Below, in pieces: positions 15,563 to 24,264 of a stretch of DNA of 24,742 nucleotides. Position 1 is the first letter of the stretch. Each line of letters begins with the position of its first letter. The notes beneath the pieces were generated by a model. The model was not told where the DNA came from. It was given only the letters and a program-made list of their open reading frames with translations, and did no database searches. This stretch comes from a virus (taxonomy: Duplodnaviria > Caudoviricetes). The position numbers and the translations under genes are program-made. Location of the stretch: the IMG/VR virus record IMGVR_UViG_3300027744_000115, positions 1 through 24,742 of that record; one strand, written 5' to 3'.

Positions 15563-15862
15563 TCACCACTTAATTTTATCCGCCCAATACGCCGCTGAAC
15601 TCTTGCCTTTTGCAATATTTTTTGCATGCCTTGCTTTAAAACTTGCGCGCTTTCTCTTCATGCGTTCAGTTTCTCCAGCCTTTGGTTTACCTGCTGTTTC
15701 GGCACCTTGTTCTCCAAAGCGAATAATCTTTTCTCCGCCAGGGACACCCTCACCGCAAGCCTTAACAATATGCGACTTATTCGGATGCCCTGGGGTTCTT
15801 TGAGGAGTGTTGCACTTCAAGTGTTCCTTAGATAAACGCTTGGCTTTTGCGTGATCAGCCAT
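15563..15862 (-). CDS. Basic viral protein, DUF5754-like
   Basis: KSH.V....KIIRFG.QG...KRASFKARH...SAAYWA...KW pattern; ATG 15862 preferred over TTG 15868. Confidence 0.6.
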   Translation of the reverse strand: MADHAKAKRLSKEHLKCNTPQRTPGHPNKSHIVKACGEGVPGGEKIIRFGEQGAETAGKPKAGETERMKRKRASFKARHAKNIAKGKSSAAYWADKIKW

Positions 15863-15864
15863 GA

Positions 15865-16059
15865 TCAAACGTAATTTTCTTTATTCGCAATCAAATCTTG
15901 AGCTACTGCTCCGTTTGCTCCTTGTTGAAAAGAGCTAGGAATCCGTTCACTCTTTAATTTCTCAATAGCTTGAGCAACAGCGTCACTATAAGCACTTAAG
16001 AAAGCTTTTCCGGGTGGAATTTTCTGCGGATCAGCTTGTGATCCAGGTGAGGTTTGCAT
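15865..16059 (-). CDS. Small hypothetical protein
   Basis: 64-aa ORF packed between the HNH gene and the basic protein gene. Confidence 0.5.
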   Translation of the reverse strand: MQTSPGSQADPQKIPPGKAFLSAYSDAVAQAIEKLKSERIPSSFQQGANGAVAQDLIANKENYV

Positions 16060-16438
16060 CGTGGCAGCTGTACGCAGTAGCTTGCGCTGTTGGAACTATT
16101 CTTAAGGAGCAAGGTTTTTGCTCCATCCATGTTCTTAGTTTACCAACCCTTTGCTCTGAATAATGGGGAGTTTGTTTGCACCAAGCCTCCCAGGGGCTGG
16201 AACCTTTTTTTTGATTACATGCCTGGCAAGAAGCCGCAAGGTTGTTTCTAGTATTGTGTCCTCCTTTATGTTTGGGGACGATGTGATCGATGGTGGCTGT
16301 GCATTCATCTAACTGTTGATCACAGTAAGCACATTGCCAATTCCAATCCTTAAAAATGTATTCTCGAAAACGTTTTCTTGCTCCTTTTGGGCTTAAAACA
16401 ATCAGGTTGGCGAGTAAATCGTTTTCTGAATGAAACAT
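16031..16438 (-). CDS. HNH endonuclease (McrA/HNH_5 type), catalytic motif intact
   Basis: CAYC...TIDHIVPKHKGG.NTRNNL..SCQACNQKKG. Confidence 0.92.
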   Translation of the reverse strand: MFHSENDLLANLIVLSPKGARKRFREYIFKDWNWQCAYCDQQLDECTATIDHIVPKHKGGHNTRNNLAASCQACNQKKGSSPWEAWCKQTPHYSEQRVGKLRTWMEQKPCSLRIVPTAQATAYSCHDANLTWITS

Positions 16439-16508
16439 GGAGATACATGAATCCTTTCATAAAATTACGGTGCAGATACTTGTACTGTGCGTTATGTTGG
16501 TACCGCAA

Positions 16509-16591
16509 GGGAGCATGGCGTAATTGGCAGCCGCATCAAATTTAAAATTTGATGGTCATTGACCGTGGGAGTTCGACCCTCCCTGCTCCCA
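16509..16591 (+). tRNA. trnL-UAA: tRNA-Leu(UAA), intronless, CCA not encoded
   Basis: Acceptor GGGAGCA/TGCTCCC plus discriminator A; anticodon arm TCAAA-TTTAAAA-TTTGA; long variable arm GGTC-ATT-GACC; T arm GGGAG-TTCGACC-CTCCC. Confidence 0.95.
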
Positions 16592-16792
16592 TTATCCCTC
16601 TAAAACAGAATCAAGAAGAACGGCCTCTTCTTTTTCAGCTTGTTTTAAGATTTCAATTACCTCCAGGGCGCCGCTTACTTTTAAGTAGCCTTCTTTGGTG
16701 AGGAGTAACGATGATTCTGTTGCGCGAATTTGATTTGCAAGATCAGCAAGTTGTTTCTTGAGATCAGCTTCAATTGACTCTAAGTTTTTCAT
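16592..16792 (-). CDS. Small coiled-coil protein
   Basis: 66 aa with heptad pattern; stop codon abuts the tRNA 3' end. Confidence 0.7.
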   Translation of the reverse strand: MKNLESIEADLKKQLADLANQIRATESSLLLTKEGYLKVSGALEVIEILKQAEKEEAVLLDSVLEG

Positions 16793-16827
16793 GGTTTTGT
16801 TGTTAATTGGGTTATGTTAGCTGGTTA

Positions 16828-17025
16828 CTAACGCTTAGCAAGAGGGGTTAACAAGCCTGCAAGGATCTCCAACATTTTATAAATCTTGCTTATCATAAAG
16901 TTTGATTTAGGAGTTTTAGTTGTGTTGATTACCAACAAAGCTAAAACATGCAAGTACCAGATGATAGTTGAAAAATCTTGCAGAGCTTGTGCAGTTTTAT
17001 GAACACTTGCAGAAACAACGATCAT
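16828..17025 (-). CDS. Small membrane protein, candidate holin
   Basis: Hydrophobic IIWYLHVLALLVIN and LEILAGLL segments; ATGA-coupled to the peptidase gene. Confidence 0.5.
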   Translation of the reverse strand: MIVVSASVHKTAQALQDFSTIIWYLHVLALLVINTTKTPKSNFMISKIYKMLEILAGLLTPLAKR

Positions 17026-17813
17026 TTAAATGTCCATCCCCAGCCAGTAGCACCGCCTCCAACAAAGAAACGCGGATTAAGATTTGTAAAGGAGTAGTGC
17101 TTGTTTTTGCCTGAGGTTGTTGATTGTGCTGACCAACCTCCGCCTACAAGGTCTTGCTCTCCAAACGGATCTTGTACCAGCCAGTAGGAGGGGCCATATC
17201 CAGTGATTACGATGAAGTGCCCACCGCCTTTTGGAGCATCGACAGTACCGTGGTGCAGAACACCTGCGGCAACCGGTTTTCCTTTGTCAATTTGATTTTT
17301 AACGTCAAGGCTGTCCAAGTTTGTCTTGAAGTCAGCTTTGACGCCAATATCTGCTAGCGCACCGTAATGAGCTTCCCTGGTTGTTGTATCACCATGCTTG
17401 TTGACGTAGCGGAGATAATCAACATCGTCCTTGATTCCCTTAACGCCAAGGTACTTCAAACACATGGCAATTGATGATGTTTGGCATTGGCGCCAGCCTT
17501 CTGCACCATTGTCCTGCTGCCAGAAGTAAGGGAAGTTGCGGAGGTAGCGAAGATCGCCATCTACGGCGTAGGGAGTGGGCTCTGGAGTAAGCCCAATCCA
17601 GTGGTCATCAAAGACCCACCAAGTGCCCAGGGAGCCCATATTGAGCTGTGTGTGGCCGTCTTTATGATCTACTAGGGTGCAATTTGAATACTTGCGACCC
17701 TGGTAAACCTTAGCTTTTTGATCGTTAGGAAGGGAATCTGCAGCTACTGGCGCCTTTTTAAACCACGTTTGCTGGCGAGAGGTTACGTTAATTGCGGTCA
17801 AAATAAAAACCAA
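17022..17813 (-). CDS. C39-like cysteine peptidase (candidate endolysin or virion peptidase)
   Basis: Q.DN...RQCQTSSIAM (Cys), GGGHFIVITGY (His), VQDPFG (Asp); N-terminal TWFKK.P.....L...QK domain. Confidence 0.85.
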   Translation of the reverse strand: MVFILTAINVTSRQQTWFKKAPVAADSLPNDQKAKVYQGRKYSNCTLVDHKDGHTQLNMGSLGTWWVFDDHWIGLTPEPTPYAVDGDLRYLRNFPYFWQQDNGAEGWRQCQTSSIAMCLKYLGVKGIKDDVDYLRYVNKHGDTTTREAHYGALADIGVKADFKTNLDSLDVKNQIDKGKPVAAGVLHHGTVDAPKGGGHFIVITGYGPSYWLVQDPFGEQDLVGGGWSAQSTTSGKNKHYSFTNLNPRFFVGGGATGWGWTFK

Positions 17814-17846
17814 ACACTTGGCTTTATCTTAGCAACCTGCTCTTAG

Positions 17847-18938
17847 TTACTCGTACAGAATGTTGATCGACCCGGCGTCGAACGCGTCGGTGCCGCTCAC
17901 GGTGGTGATGCGAACGCGGTCAAGGGTGCCGGAGAGGGTGATAGCGCCAGTGGCCATAAATTGCTGCACGCTTCCAGTTGTGGCAGCAATCAATGCAGAC
18001 GCCACCCAAGTATTACCGCCAAAGCCATTGATTGTCATAACACCATTGTAGTTTGTGGCTGCAGCTGGGACTTGTCCATCAAAAAGAATTCCCGTTGTAG
18101 ATGATTGACCGTTTACTCCTCCAGTCCAACCAAATCCAGATGAGGTGTACCCAGTAGTTGTCACACTGCCAGCGCCAAGCTGTATTTGCCTTGGGGAGGT
18201 TCCATTTGTACTCACCCCGTTAAACATCACCGTAATCCGCTTCACCCAGCTTGGGATGCTAGGAAAATCAATGCTGGTACCGCTGGTGCTGTTCTGTGCG
18301 GTGTCACTGACGATCGCACTGGACGATCCGTTGATGACAGCAGATGCAAAGGTCAGCGCACCGCTGCCATTGGTCTGAAGAAACTGCCCACTGGTGCCAT
18401 TACTAGTCGGCAGTGTGAGTGTATTATTTCCAGCAACAGCAGGAGAAGCAATAATTACGGAGCCTGACGTTGAACCGTTTAGTTGAACACCAGACGTACT
18501 AAATGCAACAGGTGTTGACCCGTTGATACCTACACCAATTTGACCGGAACCGCTACGGTAGAATCCAGTGGTGGTTTGGCTAGAAAATGTAATGCTTGGG
18601 ACGGATGCTGTACCGTCAGGATATGAAACGCCTGCACTAACACGATCAGCGCCAGCAAGAACTACGCCCCAAAAAGCTTCACCAGTTTTGGGAGCAGAAC
18701 TAAAAACAATATTGCTACCCGAGAATCTAAAACCTTCAGTACCTGTGGAGTCCGGTTTCTGTGGTACGCCACCGACAGAAATCAAGATGTTCTGTTCGTT
18801 GAGAGGGAATGGTACAGGTGTAACACCGTTAACAGTAAGCGCAAATGATGTAGTTGTTCCGTTAAAACTAGCAGTTAAACTATCAATTAATTTGTAGCTA
18901 GAAAAAGCTACGCCTAAATTGTTCCCTAAATATGGCAT
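17847..18938 (-). CDS. Tail fibre-like protein
   Basis: MPYLGN...FNGTTTSFAL N-terminus; DGTASVPSITF...TGFYR repeat; TLTLP..NGTSGQFLQTNGSGAL; SIDF.SIPSWVKRITV...FDAGSINILYE tip. Confidence 0.8.
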   Translation of the reverse strand: MPYLGNNLGVAFSSYKLIDSLTASFNGTTTSFALTVNGVTPVPFPLNEQNILISVGGVPQKPDSTGTEGFRFSGSNIVFSSAPKTGEAFWGVVLAGADRVSAGVSYPDGTASVPSITFSSQTTTGFYRSGSGQIGVGINGSTPVAFSTSGVQLNGSTSGSVIIASPAVAGNNTLTLPTSNGTSGQFLQTNGSGALTFASAVINGSSSAIVSDTAQNSTSGTSIDFPSIPSWVKRITVMFNGVSTNGTSPRQIQLGAGSVTTTGYTSSGFGWTGGVNGQSSTTGILFDGQVPAAATNYNGVMTINGFGGNTWVASALIAATTGSVQQFMATGAITLSGTLDRVRITTVSGTDAFDAGSINILYE

Positions 18939-18940
18939 TT

Positions 18941-19474
18941 TTACTCCACTTCAGTAGTATCAATTGTAGCTTCCGCAGGCTCTGGGGCGATTGTTAACTC
19001 CTCTACAGTAACGGGGGCCACTTCTTCAACTGTCACAACTACTTGTGCTGCTGCGTCTTCCTGTTCTGCCAAAACATTGGCAGGTGTTCCTACGGGTTGT
19101 TCTGCTTCTTCCTCTGCTGAAGCTGTATTGGGGCCTTGGGTTGAGGGTTCTACGGGCCAAATAATCTCTTGGGGATCTAAACCTGCAAACGTTTGGGGAA
19201 TATCACGCAAGATTTGACGATACACAGCCCATGCGTGCTGATCTACGGTGCAATCTGGAATCATTGTCCAATCTGATGCTGTCAGCGCAGCATTACGTTT
19301 GGATAGGGCTTGCTCCCAGGTATAAGGCTGTACATCGGGGTTAGGGAGGGGAATATTACCGTCTTCTAACCACTGAAGGTAGATTGTGTAATCGCTGTTG
19401 GATTTATCAGCAGGGATCCAGGCGTTGTCCGCTGTGCGGAGGATGCAGTCAGAAGTGGTGAGTTGGTAGGTCAT
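18941..19474 (-). CDS. Tail fibre assembly chaperone-like protein with acidic tail
   Basis: RNAALTASDWT..PD.....W..YRQ.LRDIPQ......I.WP..P chaperone motif. Confidence 0.85.
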   Translation of the reverse strand: MTYQLTTSDCILRTADNAWIPADKSNSDYTIYLQWLEDGNIPLPNPDVQPYTWEQALSKRNAALTASDWTMIPDCTVDQHAWAVYRQILRDIPQTFAGLDPQEIIWPVEPSTQGPNTASAEEEAEQPVGTPANVLAEQEDAAAQVVVTVEEVAPVTVEELTIAPEPAEATIDTTEVE

Positions 19475-19477
19475 TGG

Positions 19478-20428
19478 TTAAAGCTCGGCAGAGGCTGAAA
19501 ATCCGTTATTTATAGCATTGGAAATCTGCGTTCTTCCGGCTGAAGATGCGGTTGCTCGAACTTGACTTCTAAGCGCAGAAATCGCTGTAAGAGCTGCTGC
19601 GCCAGTATTGACTGTAGATATTGATCCAATGATTGTCAAAGTTGGTGTAGCCCTCATTTGCACTGGATGAGATACAAAAACAATCCCATCCGCTCCGCTT
19701 GCTTGATAGTTGTCATATTGCAATTCATTATTTGCTGTCCACTGGCAGTAATACCTCTGCGCCAACGCCAACTCCGCCCCAAACGACCTGCTTTCAAACG
19801 TACTGCTAACCAAACCTAGCTCCAGTTGAACATTACCAATCGTCCACGTACCACTGATTTGCGCGCCAACAGTAAAGACAACTTCAACACCGGTCGTGGC
19901 GGCGGCGGGAATAGCGATGTTAGCTGTGTAACGCGTTACCGAGCTGGTAACTGTGAACGTGCCAGTTGCAATTTGCGTTTTAGTCGGAGTTCCAACCGTA
20001 CCAAACGTATCTGCTGTAGTGGCGTAATAGGCGGTCCAGGTTACCGTTGTTAGAAGGGAGTTGGCAAGGTCAACGCCGAGAGTAGCATTACTCCCAGCAA
20101 GATCGTAAGAGTTAGTGACTTCGATACGTTGGCCAACGCCAACAGCTGTAACAGAAGCCGCACCTGTGATCTGCAAGCGGTTTTTAACCGCACCAGAACC
20201 GGCAACTTGCGCGGCTGTAACGTTTGCACCTGTGGAGTAGACATACCAGCGATCAACGGAAGGATAACCAGTGCTTACGGTTGGAACCGCAGTACCAGCA
20301 GTCACCGTAGCGGAAGTTGCACGTTGTGCAATTGTCATGCCGCCGTTAATAAAACGGTTACGGAAAGGCCCAACAACATTAAAGACGTTGCTGTTTAGGC
20401 CGTCAGCATCAATCTTAGTAAGTGCCAT
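19478..20428 (-). CDS. Tail fibre / receptor-binding protein, paralog of 133..1173
   Basis: FRNRFINGGMTIAQR...DRW...VQLE.G...FESRSFGAELALAQRYY...MRATPT...SAEL. Confidence 0.8.
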   Translation of the reverse strand: MALTKIDADGLNSNVFNVVGPFRNRFINGGMTIAQRATSATVTAGTAVPTVSTGYPSVDRWYVYSTGANVTAAQVAGSGAVKNRLQITGAASVTAVGVGQRIEVTNSYDLAGSNATLGVDLANSLLTTVTWTAYYATTADTFGTVGTPTKTQIATGTFTVTSSVTRYTANIAIPAAATTGVEVVFTVGAQISGTWTIGNVQLELGLVSSTFESRSFGAELALAQRYYCQWTANNELQYDNYQASGADGIVFVSHPVQMRATPTLTIIGSISTVNTGAAALTAISALRSQVRATASSAGRTQISNAINNGFSASAEL

Positions 20429-20772
20429 CAGGTCTGCTGTAGATAGCTAACTGTGATATCTAATGCGCTTGAGGTATCTGAACTTGCCCTGAGAACGTCG
20501 TTTGCTGTCATGATTACCTTGCTACCCGAGATCATCTCCAGGGAAGAACCTGCAGGGATCGGTGCATTTTTAATTAAGAATGCAGCATCACCTGTGTTGG
20601 GAAGCAAGTAAATGTTTCCATTTGCGCTACTGCCTGTTTTATTTGAAACCAGAATGCTAAGGATGATCAGCGTAGCCGTTCCTCCTGCAGTAACAACGTT
20701 AGTTGCTGAACTAGAAGTTACATCAGCAGTTGAAAGGCTGGACTTGGTACTTTTTGTGAATGTATTTGCCAT
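20428..20772 (-). CDS. Small virion structural protein
   Basis: MANTF...LIKNAPIPAGSSLE...K.....D.L......LD..VSYL pattern; TGATG-coupled to the fibre gene. Confidence 0.75.
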   Translation of the reverse strand: MANTFTKSTKSSLSTADVTSSSATNVVTAGGTATLIILSILVSNKTGSSANGNIYLLPNTGDAAFLIKNAPIPAGSSLEMISGSKVIMTANDVLRASSDTSSALDITVSYLQQT

Positions 20773-20773
20773 G

Positions 20774-21178
20774 TCAGCCTAAAGCAACGATAAGGGCGAG
20801 GTTGTCAGTGGAGCTGAAGGGGCCGTTCACAGTTAAGCCTCCTGAAATCAGTACATTACCTGGGATGGTAATGGCACCTGTTGAGTCTATTGTAAGGCCT
20901 GCAATGCCGTTGGCAACTAGCGCAACCTGTCCGACGCCAGGGCTGTAGAGACCTGTGCTAGCGCTGTTAGCAAATTTTAAAGCACAGCTAGAGAGTGATC
21001 CAGGAGAAAGGCTTGAGTTTACAAAATCAGCGCGGAGTAACGGGTAACCTCCAACGGTTGAACCGTCATGCACAACAACTGTATCTGTTGTCGTGTCTAC
21101 AGTAACTTCTCCAACGGCGCCTGTAAAAGCAGCCGTCTCAGCAGAAGTGCCTCGACGTAATTGTATTTGTGTTGCCAT
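20774..21178 (-). CDS. Short fibre/adaptor protein with Mtd_N-like (major tropism determinant N-terminal) domain
   Basis: MATQIQLRRGT.....FTGAVGEVTVDT......VHDGST.GG.PL. Confidence 0.8.
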   Translation of the reverse strand: MATQIQLRRGTSAETAAFTGAVGEVTVDTTTDTVVVHDGSTVGGYPLLRADFVNSSLSPGSLSSCALKFANSASTGLYSPGVGQVALVANGIAGLTIDSTGAITIPGNVLISGGLTVNGPFSSTDNLALIVALG

Positions 21179-21281
21179 GGTATTATTTTACCGCAGTTGC
21201 ATTCACTGCGTTTGTTTTACAAGGAATTTGCACTTAGTTGATTCAATCCTTTAGAATTACCATAACGCTACAACACGTGCT

Positions 21282-21533
21282 TTGGGCTACGAAATCATAA
21301 TAGCTGCAGTTTCTGGCGCAGCCGGGGCTTTTGGCGGGATTCATAAAGCTTACAGCAATGCGCAGGAACGGCTAGGTCGTCGTTTTGAAAAAATTGAAAA
21401 CGAACTTGATGCCCTCAGGAATACTGTAATGCATGACTACGTACTAAAGGAAGATTTTTTGCGTGAAATGCAAGCTGTGCATACCAAATTAGATCGTATC
21501 TTGGATTTTTTGATCAAAAATCCTCATTCTTAG
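21282..21533 (+). CDS. Small protein with N-terminal hydrophobic anchor and coiled coil
   Basis: IIIAAVSGAAGAFGG then YVLKEDF......KLDRI; TTG start with TAGAAT upstream. Confidence 0.65.
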   Translation: MGYEIIIAAVSGAAGAFGGIHKAYSNAQERLGRRFEKIENELDALRNTVMHDYVLKEDFLREMQAVHTKLDRILDFLIKNPHS

Positions 21534-21955
21534 ACAGCAACCCACGACGTTGTTGTTGCTTTGTAAATATATAAAGCAGAAAGAGTTAAATCATAATGTA
21601 ACTGACCGTCTACCGGGTTAAGCGGCGTACCTGCGGCAATTGATGCAACTGCTTTTGGCGTTTGCCATGCAGCCCCATCATAAATTTTTAAGATTTGTGT
21701 ACTGGCGGTATCAAGCCAAGACTCCCCTTTTGATAAAAGTGTGTGGCCAGTGGGAGTTACGTTTGGTGCTGTGCTTCCCACAAAGGTTGGACCAACCTTG
21801 ACCAAGCCGGTACTAGGTGAGGCTGTACTATCGGCAAAATACAGTCCAGGATCAGAAGGATTGTAGTTAATTGCAATCTCTGCCGCACCTAAACGAGTGG
21901 GCAGAGGTCTGTCATGTAGTAAAGAAGAGCGATTGTTAAGTATCTGATCAGCCAT
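21530..21955 (-). CDS. Virion/tail fibre-associated protein
   Basis: RP.PT.L...EIAINY...PGLYF.D; GESWLD....LKIYDG..W; P.NP.DGQL.YD repeats. Confidence 0.75.
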   Translation of the reverse strand: MADQILNNRSSLLHDRPLPTRLGAAEIAINYNPSDPGLYFADSTASPSTGLVKVGPTFVGSTAPNVTPTGHTLLSKGESWLDTASTQILKIYDGAAWQTPKAVASIAAGTPLNPVDGQLHYDLTLSALYIYKATTTSWVAV

Positions 21956-21961
21956 AAAAAA

Positions 21962-24256
21962 TTACGCCCCGTACTCACCACAGTCTATAACAATATCTTT
22001 GATCACTTGAGGAGTGTAAGTTTCACAATCAATACTACTGATAGCATTTACTGGCGTCAACGGAACCCCGTTCAAGTACGCACCACAAACAATCAAGCCG
22101 AAGCGATAATCAGTTGCATAGTTAATTAAGGGTTCGTTTAAGAACCCAAATTTTGTGCTAGAAACAAGTGTCGGCTCCAAGTTAACAACCTTGCTTAAAA
22201 CTGAAATTAAACGTTGTGTACTGTTTTGTAAAGTGCCATTATCACTTAAGTTACCGTTAGCATCGCGCACTATATTATCAGTCAACAAAGATGTCAGAAG
22301 AGTTGGTTGATAATTAGCTACGGAACGCGGTTGGTTTTTAAAATCAAGTGAAGTTGTTGTGCCTAACCAAGTTTTACCCATTCTTAACATGGTAAGTCTC
22401 TCTGCATTTTTATACGCTCTGCTGTTTTCTTTTGTAAAGTTTTTGTAAAAAGTGTCCGAGTCATCGCCGGCGGGGTGATCACTTGGTTCAAGTAACCAAG
22501 TCTCCATGTATTTATGTTCAGTTATATTTGTAACAGTGCAATAGCCTGATGTAGTTTGTGAATAAGGATACACAATCACAAAGTTGTTTGCGTCAATAAC
22601 CTGGTTAACTAAGTACCCACCGGACAACGCCGCCCCGCTGGTAAACTCAAGTGATACCCTAGTGTTAGCAGTGACGTTGTGGTTATTAACAGTGACTAAG
22701 ATGTTAAAACTGCTTGCTTGGTTATATGTTCCCGTTAAATTAATTACCGCATTTCCTTCGTCATGAACCATTGAAAAGAAAGCTGCGTAAATATGCTTGC
22801 ACCAGCGCATTTGATAATACAATAGTTCTGTATAACAGTTATCTTTATTATCCTCATAAGTAGGCAGTTGGTAAAAGTTATTAGTAGATATATAACCAAG
22901 ATCGCTGAAAACACCGACGCTTTCTCTCCTGTCAGTTATGCTGTTGTCTTTATTTAAGGTCGTTCCAGGCTTGACTGAAGTCAACGCTGTGCCCGGAAAA
23001 CGCTCTTTAGTGTTACTTGAGTAAAAGTTATATCCTTCCCTTCTAGTAAAATCTTGACAACTGCATTGATAGCGTACTTCTGATGTCAAGAAATAGCCAG
23101 CATAAAACCCTCGATGTGCTGGATTGGTTAATCCGATAATTCCCTGAGTTGTTTTTGCCCCGTAGCTATCGTTACGTTGAAAAACAATTTCAGTATTATT
23201 AGTATCAATAGCTTTTACTGTATAACCAACATAATCGTCATAATTGAATTTTGCAACTAACCGATACACAAGTGCAGCACCGCTGGTTGAGCCTGTTGCA
23301 ATTGTTGTAAGTGTAAAGACAGAAGAAGAGGTTACGGTAATTGTATATAGTCCAGAAGATGCGTTTCCTGTAGAGACATCTAAGTTAATTTTGTTTCCAG
23401 TGAATAGTCCGTGATTAGTAGCGCAAGTTACTGTTACGGTGCTGCCAACTCTTGCGTAAGTTGCAACAACACCTGGGTCGCTTTCGCTGATGCGATCTGT
23501 GAATCTTTCTCCAACAATTGAAAGCGCTGGTGTAGGCAAGTACCGGAGCTTTGTCCTAATTTCAATCCAGCGAGTGTCATTGAATCCGGTGGAGAGTGCA
23601 ACAGAAACATTGCCAATTGTCGTTACAGGAGCTACAGCAGTGCACGTAAAAGTATCTGCTGTCTTAGAAACAATAGGAAGCGTTGCAGTAGTTGCCGTGC
23701 CACTAAGAATTGCTAAGTAAATATTGTCTCCGGGTTGGAAGCCGTGGTTCGCGTAAGAAACAGTGATAGTTGTGCCCGTTTGGCTATAAGGCATAATTGC
23801 AGCAACGCCTAAATAACGTACCGCAATAATAGGAAGACCGAAGTTATAAAAGTTTAACGAGTTGGCATCACGAACAGTTACAGTATGCTCGCCAGTTTCC
23901 TCTGAACTGCTTGGGAAAGTAAAGACCCTGGCAGGGATAAACACACCGGGGTACTGTTGAAACGCACAATAAAATCTGTAATCACCTACTGCAGCGCGAT
24001 TTATTGCTGTGGAGCCGAATACACTTTGTGTTGTTGTGTACAGCTCATAGCCACGACGCCACCGCGACCACAGTGCGTCCCTGTCATAAAAACGGATGCG
24101 ACTTCTGTACTCGCTATTTTTAGAGGAAAAACTATAGGGGTTGTCAAACTTGCTAAGATCTACGCGTAACTTCTTTTCAGGACCTTCAAATCCTTTTGAA
24201 AAACTGCCGTCAAAGTTAATCTTTTGGCTGTTAAACGAGTTATGCCCAAAAGCCAC
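21962..24256 (-). CDS. Large protein with three FCCH-like beta-barrel repeats and a split SWIM-type zinc finger
   Basis: NHGFQPGD, NHGLFTGN, NHNVTANT repeats; YQCSCQDF ... WCKHIYAA. Confidence 0.75.
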   Translation of the reverse strand: MAFGHNSFNSQKINFDGSFSKGFEGPEKKLRVDLSKFDNPYSFSSKNSEYRSRIRFYDRDALWSRWRRGYELYTTTQSVFGSTAINRAAVGDYRFYCAFQQYPGVFIPARVFTFPSSSEETGEHTVTVRDANSLNFYNFGLPIIAVRYLGVAAIMPYSQTGTTITVSYANHGFQPGDNIYLAILSGTATTATLPIVSKTADTFTCTAVAPVTTIGNVSVALSTGFNDTRWIEIRTKLRYLPTPALSIVGERFTDRISESDPGVVATYARVGSTVTVTCATNHGLFTGNKINLDVSTGNASSGLYTITVTSSSVFTLTTIATGSTSGAALVYRLVAKFNYDDYVGYTVKAIDTNNTEIVFQRNDSYGAKTTQGIIGLTNPAHRGFYAGYFLTSEVRYQCSCQDFTRREGYNFYSSNTKERFPGTALTSVKPGTTLNKDNSITDRRESVGVFSDLGYISTNNFYQLPTYEDNKDNCYTELLYYQMRWCKHIYAAFFSMVHDEGNAVINLTGTYNQASSFNILVTVNNHNVTANTRVSLEFTSGAALSGGYLVNQVIDANNFVIVYPYSQTTSGYCTVTNITEHKYMETWLLEPSDHPAGDDSDTFYKNFTKENSRAYKNAERLTMLRMGKTWLGTTTSLDFKNQPRSVANYQPTLLTSLLTDNIVRDANGNLSDNGTLQNSTQRLISVLSKVVNLEPTLVSSTKFGFLNEPLINYATDYRFGLIVCGAYLNGVPLTPVNAISSIDCETYTPQVIKDIVIDCGEYGA

Positions 24257-24264
24257 TGTTCAAC

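Noticed and set aside
16509-16591. tRNA as a prophage attachment site
   Set aside because: No integrase or duplicated tRNA 3' end seen, and phage-type genes continue on both sides
72-19800. Invertase-driven shufflon
   Set aside because: The shared blocks are direct repeats ~19.4 kb apart, not inverted, and no recombinase gene is visible
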